Assembly (NCBI GenBank): GCA_016839945.1
Contig: JAEOTE010000063.1
Coordinates: 1-48,440, forward strand
DNA: 48,440 nucleotides
Reading direction: 5' to 3'
From: Candidatus Heimdallarchaeota archaeon
Lineage (GTDB): Archaea; Asgardarchaeota; Heimdallarchaeia; Heimdallarchaeales; Heimdallarchaeaceae
The notes beneath the pieces were generated by a model. It was not told where the DNA came from. It worked only from the letters and a program-made list of their open reading frames with translations, and ran no database searches. Positions 37,478-45,782 of this stretch are shown here, piece after piece; the first letter of the stretch is position 1; each line of letters opens with the position of its first letter. The position numbers and the translations under genes were made by a program.

Positions 37478-37975
37478 ATGTCAAGTCGAATACCTTTACC
37501 TTATGCACCAAGGGTTCTGGAGCTTTTTCAGAATCCCCAAAATCTTGGAAGAATGGAGGATGCAACTGTAATTGCATCAGCAGGAAGTCCTGCATGCGGA
37601 GACATGATTGCATTTTATCTTAAAGTAGAAGATAAAAGTGAAATTATCACTAAGTCAAGCTTTGAAAGCTATGGATGTGCAAGCAATATTGCAGCAGCAA
37701 GCCAGCTAACAATTATGATTGAAAAGAAGACATTAGAAGAAGCTTGGAATTTCACTTGGGCTGATGTTTCTGAAGCTCTAGGTGGACTACCTTCAGTCAA
37801 AACACACTGTGGCAGTTTAGCAGTTGGAGCTTTAAGAAGAGCAATTCGTACCTATTATGAAGAAATAACAAAAGCAACGCCAGCTTGGCTACCAGAAGAA
37901 CTTACAAAAGATGAAAAACACGCATTAGAAGAAGAAGCCCTAGCTGAAAAACTTAAGAAAAAATATAAACTCTAA
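37478..37975 (+). CDS. iscU: Fe-S scaffold IscU/NifU-N
   Basis: F.NPQN.G, PACGD, YGCAS, LP..KTHC; GAGGAG RBS. Confidence 0.92.
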   Translation: MSSRIPLPYAPRVLELFQNPQNLGRMEDATVIASAGSPACGDMIAFYLKVEDKSEIITKSSFESYGCASNIAAASQLTIMIEKKTLEEAWNFTWADVSEALGGLPSVKTHCGSLAVGALRRAIRTYYEEITKATPAWLPEELTKDEKHALEEEALAEKLKKKYKL

Positions 37976-38061
37976 ATTGAGTTACCTTCAAGAATTTTAG
38001 TTTTTTATTAGTTAAGAAAAATGGCAAATATTTTTATATCTCATTATGAATTTACTTAACT

Positions 38062-38274
38062 ATGGCAGGATATAGAATAATGTCTATTTTACAGTTTGTT
38101 TTTATTTTATTTGCCGGTTTAGTTACTTTAGATCTAACAGTAGATTTTGGTTTGAACCAAGCATTTTTCCAAGGAGCTACTACAGGTTGGTGGACTCCTT
38201 TTGCTCTCTTAGGCTACCTGTTTGCCGTAGTTGCAATACTTCAACTAGTTAAAGCTATCACAGTTGAAGACTAA
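38062..38274 (+). CDS. small 2-TM membrane protein
   Basis: 70 aa; paralog of 38550..38753. Confidence 0.75.
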   Translation: MAGYRIMSILQFVFILFAGLVTLDLTVDFGLNQAFFQGATTGWWTPFALLGYLFAVVAILQLVKAITVED

Positions 38275-38285
38275 ATCCTTCTAAA

Positions 38286-38369
38286 ATAAAATCAAGTAAA
38301 AAAGACATAAAATCAAGTAATCAAATTAGCTAAGATTACAGATCGATTATCAAGATACTGTAATCAAGT
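38286..38369. repeat. 14-bp direct repeat, further ATCAAG copies and a hairpin between the small membrane genes
   Basis: ATAAAATCAAGTAA at 38286 and 38307 (21-bp period); ATCAAG again at 38349 and 38363; GATTACAG/CTGTAATC arms at 38334-38341 and 38358-38365. Confidence 0.6.
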
Positions 38370-38549
38370 TATTTTTTTTGATAATGAATAAGTTCAATTT
38401 AAATAGAGAATCAAAAAAAGTATATTTTCTATCTTTTTATGTTTATTTTTATTGAACAATCTTTTTATATCAAACATTGAATGCTGTATTTGCAAAGGTT
38501 TTTATTACTGAAAACCTCAAAAGAATATAATAAAACAAAAGGTGAAAAC

Positions 38550-38753
38550 ATGGGTAAAATTTGGGATATCCTACAAGTCGTTTTTGGATTACTTGGTGTT
38601 TGGCTAATTTTAGATATGTCAATTGATTTACTATGGGTATACGGATTCTTCGATAGCCAAGGTGGCTGGTTAGGTCCATTTGCTATTTTAGCATACATAG
38701 TAGTTGTAATTGTAATTCTACAACTTGTCAAAACAATACTTAGGGATGAATGA
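38550..38753 (+). CDS. small 2-TM membrane protein (67 aa)
   Basis: Start reassigned to MGKIW at 38550 (AGGTGA RBS). Shares ILQ, LD..D, GW..PFA.L.Y and ILQLVK.I with 38062..38274. Confidence 0.78.
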   Translation: MGKIWDILQVVFGLLGVWLILDMSIDLLWVYGFFDSQGGWLGPFAILAYIVVVIVILQLVKTILRDE

Positions 38754-38841
38754 GAGTCTTAAAACTCATCCTTTTTTTTTTACTATAATTATATTGCATA
38801 ATGTAATTTATAGAATATCATAATTGTTATAGAAAAAAAAG

Positions 38842-38860
38842 ACACATCTATAAGATGTGT
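38842..38860 (-). terminator. hairpin plus T tract after 38879..39304
   Basis: ACACATCT-ata-AGATGTGT, followed on the minus strand by CTTTTTTTT. Confidence 0.6.
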
Positions 38861-38878
38861 TTGAACTTCTTTTTGATT

Positions 38879-39304
38879 TCATAAATCTTTAGGAATGAAG
38901 AAACCAATGAGGAATGCTAATAATGAACCTCCTGCTCCTAGCCAGAATCCAATAAAGTCCATTGGGATTAGTGCATACCATCCCATGTCAATATAAACGA
39001 AATATCCTTCTAATCCGATTATTATCAACAAAGCTGGTGCAAGAATACAACCGAAAGCTAGGAAAGCAAATACAATCCATAATGCTTTGGGTATACCGAA
39101 TATTGAAATAATGATATTTAGTACTGCAAAACCAGCTCCAGCAAATACTAGTATTGTCATTACAAGTGCAATAACTTCACTTGAAAGTTGATACATAGGT
39201 AACCATAAGTATATGCCTTCTAAGATTCCACCAACAGCAGCAGCTGCCATGAATAGCAATCCAAGAATTCCAGGGACTGTTGTCCAAACTCTTGCTTTTG
39301 CCAT
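38879..39304 (-). CDS. hypothetical 4-TM membrane protein
   Basis: Highly hydrophobic 141-aa ORF. Confidence 0.75.
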   Translation of the reverse strand: MAKARVWTTVPGILGLLFMAAAAVGGILEGIYLWLPMYQLSSEVIALVMTILVFAGAGFAVLNIIISIFGIPKALWIVFAFLAFGCILAPALLIIIGLEGYFVYIDMGWYALIPMDFIGFWLGAGGSLLAFLIGFFIPKDL

Positions 39305-39367
39305 GTCTTTATATTGTTAAAAATATTATTTAAACCTTATATATATGGCAAGACACATTTTTGATAT

Positions 39368-40330
39368 TTAATTCAAGGATAATAGAATCGATCCTGCAAT
39401 TATTATTAAAACTCCAATCATTTGTTTATAGTTAATTTTCTCTTTCAAAAAAATGACTCCAAGAAATACAACAATAATTGGGGAAATTGATGAAAGAGGT
39501 GTGCTTATCCCTGCTCCAATCATCTTTACAGCTGTAAAAAAGGAGACGCCACCACAACACCAAGCTATTGCTCCTCCTATCGCAAGGAAAGATCCTTCTT
39601 TTGTAAAAGGACTTAGTTCAGAAATCTTTCTTTCTTTTTGAATTATTGCTCGGAAAAAAACAAATATTAGAACTGTTATAACCATTAACCCATTTCTAAT
39701 ACCCATCATTGAAACAACTTCGACTTCCACATCTTCCAAAATCATCCTAGCAGAGAATACTGTTCCTGCCCAAAAAATAGCTGCTAATATAGAAAATAAA
39801 ATACCCATAAACATAGGACTTCTTTTCTTCTTTTCTTCCATATTTTCTTTTTCATTTTTTTCTTTTATTTCTTCACTATTTTTGTTGTAAGCTTTTGAGG
39901 AGAAATATGATATAATCATTACTCCTATCGAGATTAGAATTGTACCTACAATTATATTCCAAGTAATGATTTCTACATTAGCAATAAGTAACATAATAGT
40001 AGTAAAGAAAGGATAAGCTGCAGAAACTGGTTGAGCGATTGACACATTAATTTTTGTAAGTGCAATCAAAGAGAAAAAATCTCCTAACGTAATGGAAATT
40101 ACAGCTATTATAAGCCAAATCCAGCTTGGGTAGTAAAAAATTCTGACTAAGGAATCCACTCCATACAATCCCCATCCTAAAAGAATTAGCAACGGAACAG
40201 CAATAACGCCTTTCATGTATGTTGCAATTATGGGTTCGACTTTTTTCACTCCAACCTTAAAAATTACCATAGCTGAACCCCAAGCAATTGCTGCAACAAA
40301 AGACAAAACAATCCCTAATGCTAAAGCCAT
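39368..40330 (-). CDS. DMT/EamA-family transporter
   Basis: Two EamA repeats, about 10 TM segments, FLKEKI..G..III.G. Confidence 0.9.
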   Translation of the reverse strand: MALALGIVLSFVAAIAWGSAMVIFKVGVKKVEPIIATYMKGVIAVPLLILLGWGLYGVDSLVRIFYYPSWIWLIIAVISITLGDFFSLIALTKINVSIAQPVSAAYPFFTTIMLLIANVEIITWNIIVGTILISIGVMIISYFSSKAYNKNSEEIKEKNEKENMEEKKKRSPMFMGILFSILAAIFWAGTVFSARMILEDVEVEVVSMMGIRNGLMVITVLIFVFFRAIIQKERKISELSPFTKEGSFLAIGGAIAWCCGGVSFFTAVKMIGAGISTPLSSISPIIVVFLGVIFLKEKINYKQMIGVLIIIAGSILLSLN

Positions 40331-40378
40331 TGTATTGAAATTTAACTGAAACTAAAAAAGTTTGTTATTCAATTTTAT

Positions 40379-40945
40379 CTATCGCTTAATAATCTGTTTA
40401 AGTATTCTAATAGTTATGTCTATATTTTTTCCAACTACTACAACTCCATGATTTCGAAGAATAACAGTATCATTACTACTTAATGCATTGACTGCTTCCC
40501 TTGCTAGATTAATAGTTCCATATGGAAAGAATCGTTTAGTTATTGGGTATCTATTCATAAGTTGTAGTTTTTCTAAGTTTGGAACATGGATATGAAAAAT
40601 ATACTGAACGTCTTCTCTTTCTGTATAGATTAATTGATGCATTTTAGTTTCTGAGCTGGGAATTTTCTTACCATAATATTCCACAACTCTATCATTAAAT
40701 TTAGATATAACTTTACTATAATCATCTAACACTCCAAGATTTTTTAGACTTGTACCACTTGCTGAGATTAGAATTCCATCTATGATTCTAGCACTTACAT
40801 TTCCTGCAATACCTTCTAGACAAATTTCAGGTAGAGACTTAAGTACATTATTCAATTGTAAAGCATATGTTTCAAGTTGTTCATTTTCTAACAACTCTCC
40901 TAGTTTTTTTGTTCTAAACTTAATCCCAGTGTATCTTTCTGACAT
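40379..40945 (-). CDS. class II aldolase/adducin-family protein
   Basis: GNVSAR, SASG, PSSE..MH, HIH, LRNHG. Confidence 0.88.
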   Translation of the reverse strand: MSERYTGIKFRTKKLGELLENEQLETYALQLNNVLKSLPEICLEGIAGNVSARIIDGILISASGTSLKNLGVLDDYSKVISKFNDRVVEYYGKKIPSSETKMHQLIYTEREDVQYIFHIHVPNLEKLQLMNRYPITKRFFPYGTINLAREAVNALSSNDTVILRNHGVVVVGKNIDITIRILKQIIKR

Positions 40946-41041
40946 TTGATGATTGACAATCTCCTCATAGTAAATAAAATCAATGTTTGAACAATGAGTA
41001 ATGTTTTTGTATCATCACCTTTACTTATGATTGGGATTAAA

Positions 41042-41380
41042 ATGAGTAGAAATATACCAGTAAAAGTAGAAAGAAAAGAAGATATTCCAAGTTTCTATGC
41101 AGAAAGTATTCAAATGGTTCATTCAATAACAGGTTTTAAAATGATAATTTTCAAAGATAAAGCGGAATATGCAGTTGACCCCGCAATTGGAGCTAACGCC
41201 CTCATTCCTAGATCGATAATAAAAGAAATAATATCTGAAGTAAACTTCTCTCCACAGCAGCTAAAAATTCTAGCCAAAGTTGTAGAGGAACAGATTAAAG
41301 CTTATGAATCAAGATTCGGAGAAATTTCTCTACCTGAACAGAACAAAAAGAAGGATAATACAACTGCAAGCTTCATATAA
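41042..41380 (+). CDS. DUF3467-like protein
   Basis: FYA...HS..F, FSPQ.LK.L...I..YE.RFGEI. Likely start 41042. Confidence 0.72.
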   Translation: MSRNIPVKVERKEDIPSFYAESIQMVHSITGFKMIIFKDKAEYAVDPAIGANALIPRSIIKEIISEVNFSPQQLKILAKVVEEQIKAYESRFGEISLPEQNKKKDNTTASFI

Positions 41381-41408
41381 AGAATGAAACAAGAAGGGAG
41401 GTTGTTCA

Positions 41409-41786
41409 TCAACCATTTTCTATAGTATCAATTGTAGAAAGTAGATCTTCAAGACTAAAGGGTTTTCTAAGAAAATGTGGAATCCCCAAATCTTCGACTT
41501 GATCCTTTGAAATTGTGTCATCAGCAGTGGCTATTATGATTTGATTCTTGAGAGAGGGAGAAATTTCGATTAACCTTTGAGCTACTTCTAAACCTGATTT
41601 TTCGGGTATTCTATTATCAATGATAAAGACTATGTCAGAAAGCTTCTCTTTCAGATTTTCTATTTCCTCTAAAGCTACTTTTCCACTTGTTACAATGCTT
41701 TCAACTTCCATTCCCTCTCTTTCAAAAAGCAACTTGTAAAGATTGCTAATATCTTTTTCATCTTCAATGATGTATATTTTCTTCAT
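41409..41786 (-). CDS. single-domain response regulator (receiver)
   Basis: IYIIEDE, IIDNRIP, SGLE, ATA, RKPF. Confidence 0.9.
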   Translation of the reverse strand: MKKIYIIEDEKDISNLYKLLFEREGMEVESIVTSGKVALEEIENLKEKLSDIVFIIDNRIPEKSGLEVAQRLIEISPSLKNQIIIATADDTISKDQVEDLGIPHFLRKPFSLEDLLSTIDTIENG

Positions 41787-41936
41787 TTTTCTCCCTTGAA
41801 AGTTGTTATTTTTTCTTCAAGGCTATTACTATTAAACATTTCGTAACTCTTACTCATAAGTAAGTAGGACAATTTTAAGATGTTTTATAAAAAAGAATCA
41901 CAAAATATATTAATTCAAATTTGCAATATAACAACA

Positions 41937-42455
41937 ATGAGAACAAGACTGTATGTTGTTTTAGTTATAAGTTTCTGCTTGATATTAGTTTCTCCAATTA
42001 CAACTCAATCAGCAAAATACTCGTGGGATATTTTTGTTGATTCGAATACTTACGACTCCAGAATTTTTAATGTTCAAAAAGACAACCTGATGCTAAAAAT
42101 GAGAGTCAAGGTTTTTGAAGGAGGTCCAGTCTCTGTATTTATTCTTGATGAAAGTTCTTATACTGATTGGAATGGTGGTCTTGGATCTCAAGTTGTAGCC
42201 TATGCAGGAACAAGTAATATAACACAAGGAGTACCAGTAACAATAAGTGGTCAGTTAGGACTTGCTAGAAACAATTTTTCTGGTATGGATATTAATTACT
42301 ATATTGTAGTTGATAACAGAGGTACAGATGTATATTCAAATGTTCAAGTAGAAGTTATTTCAACTTTGCCACCCCCTCCAGCTTATCTAGCAATTTTAAC
42401 ACTTATTCCCTTAGCTTTGATTTTTAAGAAAAGAAAAATAAAGGCAAACAAATAA
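41937..42455 (+). CDS. type I membrane protein with a GOLD-like beta-sandwich
   Basis: Signal peptide, V..GGPVSVFILD, YYIVVDN, Pro linker, TM segment, KKRK tail. Likely start 41937. Confidence 0.6.
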   Translation: MRTRLYVVLVISFCLILVSPITTQSAKYSWDIFVDSNTYDSRIFNVQKDNLMLKMRVKVFEGGPVSVFILDESSYTDWNGGLGSQVVAYAGTSNITQGVPVTISGQLGLARNNFSGMDINYYIVVDNRGTDVYSNVQVEVISTLPPPPAYLAILTLIPLALIFKKRKIKANK

Positions 42456-42522
42456 TCAGAAATTCCTAAGTTAGTAAGAGTTAAAAAGTAGTTCTTTTTG
42501 TATTAAAATAAGAAGTGATACA

Positions 42523-42834
42523 ATGGTTAAAGTACCACATGATGATGCTGTAAATTTCAGATACGATGTAGTAACTGTGATTAAAAATCCTGAGATTACT
42601 AAAGAAAATCTGAAAGAAATCCAGGAAAAATTAAAAGTACATATTATGAAAGATTGTGTTGGAGATAGTCTTGCAATCACAGGAATGAGAGGGATGATTA
42701 AAGTCCACTTTCATAGTGATAATCCTGAAGAGATTTTGGAAGTTTTAAAACAATATGGAGAGATATTATCTCAAGATGTTGAAGACATGAAGGAACAATA
42801 CGAAGAATTCAAAGCTAAGCAACAGAAAGAGTAA
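42523..42834 (+). CDS. stand-alone homolog of the FakA/DAK2-protein middle domain
   Basis: GDSL...IKVHFHSDNP..IL...YG.I...VEDM.EQ. Confidence 0.72.
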   Translation: MVKVPHDDAVNFRYDVVTVIKNPEITKENLKEIQEKLKVHIMKDCVGDSLAITGMRGMIKVHFHSDNPEEILEVLKQYGEILSQDVEDMKEQYEEFKAKQQKE

Positions 42835-42843
42835 GAACCAAGA

Positions 42844-43221
42844 ATGAAAAATCTATTTCTGAATTATTCTCATTGTAAAGAATGTGGAAAATGTTGTTTT
42901 AATTGTGAGTATCTAGATCCTAAAAATGGTTGCACTAATGATGAATATCGATTGAAAACTAGATGCGCATCTTTTCCTCTTATTAAAGGAAATCCAAAAC
43001 AAATGGGTCACAAGAATTTGTATGAAATCCAAAAAGAAGAACTACCAAAAGAGATGCAAAAACAGTGGTTCATCTATCTTTTAGAAAATTGTTTGATTCT
43101 ACAAAATGAGATTATTTTTAATAATTTGAGATGGATAATAGAAGACATTAATCAGAATCACAAGTTAAGATTTTTCTTTATGAGTTATGGGGAAGAAAAT
43201 CTAATGATATCCCCTGAATAA
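42844..43221 (+). CDS. CxxCxxCC (YkgJ-like) cysteine-cluster protein
   Basis: CKECGKCC..CEYL...GC...R..C..FP. Confidence 0.72.
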   Translation: MKNLFLNYSHCKECGKCCFNCEYLDPKNGCTNDEYRLKTRCASFPLIKGNPKQMGHKNLYEIQKEELPKEMQKQWFIYLLENCLILQNEIIFNNLRWIIEDINQNHKLRFFFMSYGEENLMISPE

Positions 43222-43227
43222 ACAATA

Positions 43228-43524
43228 TCATTGTTGTTCATTTTTTTCTTTTCTTTCTTTATAACTACGTACATCCACTCTTAGACTTCTATATAATGGA
43301 ATAATAATCAATATAATTAATATGACTGATAAAACAAGACCAAATATAATCCAAGGTGTTTCTAATATCCCTACATCTCTCCAAACGTCTCTTATACCTA
43401 ATGCAGCTGTAACTGACCAAACTATTACAAGAGTTGTATAAAACATTATTTTGCCAATTTTATTGATTTTAGCTCTTGTTTCTTCCGATTTTTGCATATC
43501 GTCCTTTTCTTCTGAATCAGACAT
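43228..43524 (-). CDS. 2-TM hypothetical protein
   Basis: Two hydrophobic segments with charged termini. Confidence 0.7.
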   Translation of the reverse strand: MSDSEEKDDMQKSEETRAKINKIGKIMFYTTLVIVWSVTAALGIRDVWRDVGILETPWIIFGLVLSVILIILIIIPLYRSLRVDVRSYKERKEKNEQQ

Positions 43525-43586
43525 ATAATTTCAGAGAAAAATATTCAGTTCTTAACCTTTTGGATTTATTTGAAAACAGGTTTTCT

Positions 43587-44423
43587 TTATTCTGTGAGCA
43601 TTGTTAAATCGAAATTTTTGACTGAATGTGTTAATGCTCCTGATGAAATAAGATTAACTCCTTCAATTGAATAATGATTAATGTTATCTAAATTTATATT
43701 ACCACTTAATTCAACTAATACATTTAGTTCTAACTTCTTGATTTTTGAAATTGTATGCTTAACTTGTATTGGAGAGAAATTATCAAACATGACAATATCT
43801 ACACCTGCTGTTACAGCTTCAATAGCTTGCTCTTCATTTTGCACTTCGACTTCAATTTTCTTACTAAAACTTGTTTTTGATTTAGCTACAGAGATTGCAT
43901 CTGATATAGATCTAAACTTCTGAAGATGATTTTCTTTCAATAATATCATATCAGATAGATTGAACCTATGCGTATCTCCACCACCCACAACAATTGCATA
44001 TTTATCATAAATCGATAATCCTGGAACTGTTTTTCTTGTTCCACAAATTCGAATTTCAGGATTTGTTTCTTTTGCAACTTCTATCATCATAGCTGTGTGT
44101 GTTGCGATACCAGATAGTCTTCCTAAGATATTAAGCGCGAGTCGTTCAGCTTGTAGTAAAGCATGAATATCTCCCTTTATTGATGCGATTTGTGCTTTTT
44201 TTGCGACTCTTTCCCCTTCTTCCACTAATGGTTTAAAATCAGCTCCCATCATTTCAAAAATTTTTTCTGCAATGCGAAGACCAGCTATAATTCCTTCTTG
44301 TTTTGAAAAAATCTTAGCTTCAGCTTTGGATTTAGGTATAAGACTAGTTGTTATGTCCCAAAAACTAATATCTTCAGCTATCCATCTCTTAACGTCTTCT
44401 TCAATTCGAACTTCATTGATCAT
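43587..44423 (-). CDS. nadC: quinolinate phosphoribosyltransferase
   Basis: ED...DITT, ER..LN, TRKT, HR..LSD..LLKENH, EVEV, DN, SG. Confidence 0.96.
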   Translation of the reverse strand: MINEVRIEEDVKRWIAEDISFWDITTSLIPKSKAEAKIFSKQEGIIAGLRIAEKIFEMMGADFKPLVEEGERVAKKAQIASIKGDIHALLQAERLALNILGRLSGIATHTAMMIEVAKETNPEIRICGTRKTVPGLSIYDKYAIVVGGGDTHRFNLSDMILLKENHLQKFRSISDAISVAKSKTSFSKKIEVEVQNEEQAIEAVTAGVDIVMFDNFSPIQVKHTISKIKKLELNVLVELSGNINLDNINHYSIEGVNLISSGALTHSVKNFDLTMLTE

Positions 44424-44442
44424 TAGAACAAAACCTATTACT

Positions 44443-45468
44443 CTAGTATTTTAGCATTCTCTTTACAGCTTTGTATGCTTTCTTCCTAATCTCTTCATCA
44501 AGTTCAATTTTGTTTTCTAGTGTAAGATTTTCAACTATTTTATACACTGAGAAAATGTCATTTCTTTTCATGCTTACACAAATCATATGACTGTCAGAAA
44601 ACTTCAAGTCTGGATACTCAATTTTCATTCTATCAATGAAACCTTGCTCTGTAAGAAAAAGAATTTTATCTCCATTAGAAGATTCAGCAGCAAGTTTGTT
44701 CATATCCCCTGTTCCACCATGAAGATCCACAGATTGAATGATTTCTGGTCTACATTCTAAATGAGCAAAAGTTTTAACGTTTGGATCTTTTAAGAGTTTT
44801 TCCAACCTGTTTGTTGTTAATGCGTGATGAGTTCTGCAGTATCCCCTCCATGTTATAATATTTTTCCCAGTTATCTCTGCTAAATTTTTCCCCATATTCT
44901 CATCTGGGAGATATATGACTGTATCAGATTCTAAACTCTCAATAATTTTCTGTGCATTTGCTGATGTGCAACATATATCAGATTCAGCTTTTACTTCAGC
45001 AGTAGTATTTACATAACAAACAACAGGAGCTCCTGGGTGTTTCTCTTTTAATTTCCTAACATCTTCTCCAGTTATGGAATCAGCTAATGTACAATCTCTC
45101 CCTTTTGATGGAACAAAAACATTCTTTTCGGGATTAAGAATTTTAACTGTTTCAGCCATGAAATCAACACCGCATAAAAGTATGGTGTCTTCTTCGATTT
45201 CTGTAGCTCTTTTGGCTAATGCTAAAGAATCACCAACAATATCAGCAACTCCAAAAATAATGTCAGCAGTCTGATATGAATGAGCAAGAATTTTGATACC
45301 TTTCTCCTTCTTAAGTGTATTAATTCTTAATGTGTAAGGAGCAATTGCTTCACATGCTTCTATATTCCAACCAAGAATACTTAAATTTGTATAAAGTCTT
45401 TCAATTTCCTCTGTTAACTTCTCTTGATCTTGAGTTGGAATTTTCGGTGTCTCTTCTACTATAACCAT
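44443..45468 (-). CDS. nadA: quinolinate synthase
   Basis: AHSYQ, GDS, CGVDFMAE, C.LAD, YVNT, CTS.NA, C..H, HLEC, C..MK. Confidence 0.95.
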   Translation of the reverse strand: MVIVEETPKIPTQDQEKLTEEIERLYTNLSILGWNIEACEAIAPYTLRINTLKKEKGIKILAHSYQTADIIFGVADIVGDSLALAKRATEIEEDTILLCGVDFMAETVKILNPEKNVFVPSKGRDCTLADSITGEDVRKLKEKHPGAPVVCYVNTTAEVKAESDICCTSANAQKIIESLESDTVIYLPDENMGKNLAEITGKNIITWRGYCRTHHALTTNRLEKLLKDPNVKTFAHLECRPEIIQSVDLHGGTGDMNKLAAESSNGDKILFLTEQGFIDRMKIEYPDLKFSDSHMICVSMKRNDIFSVYKIVENLTLENKIELDEEIRKKAYKAVKRMLKY

Positions 45469-45668
45469 TACAATCCGGTTGCTTTTTGTATGATTATATT
45501 TAAAGAATATTCGATTAAGGAAATATTTGAAACGAAAAATAGAAAGAAAGCCTCTACAACCTTTGAAAGAATGTTTCGCTGTTTTTTATAGATTGAAAAT
45601 GAAGCAAATATTGCCTCTTTATTTCTTCAAAACCTCTCTCTTCAACTTCTTTTCAACTTACAGACGAA

Positions 45669-45754
45669 AATACGTATTATCAATATGTATTCTGATTGAT
45701 TTTTTTTTCTCTCTATTTTTAGAAATTATCCTCATTTTTCTTCTTTTAGGATAA
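45669..45754. promoter_or_regulatory. candidate operator elements between nadA and the NADK-HTH gene
   Basis: AATACGTATT-atc-AATATGTATT (45669-45691); TTATCCT-N15-AGGATAA (45726-45754) abutting TATAAATA (45756-45763). Confidence 0.3.
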
Positions 45755-45782
45755 GTATAAATAAGCCATATCCATCGTATTT

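Noticed and set aside
38286-38369. ATCAAG repeats considered as a mini-CRISPR or replication origin
   Set aside because: The repeats are too short and irregularly spaced, with no ORB-like G-string and no cdc6/orc gene nearby.
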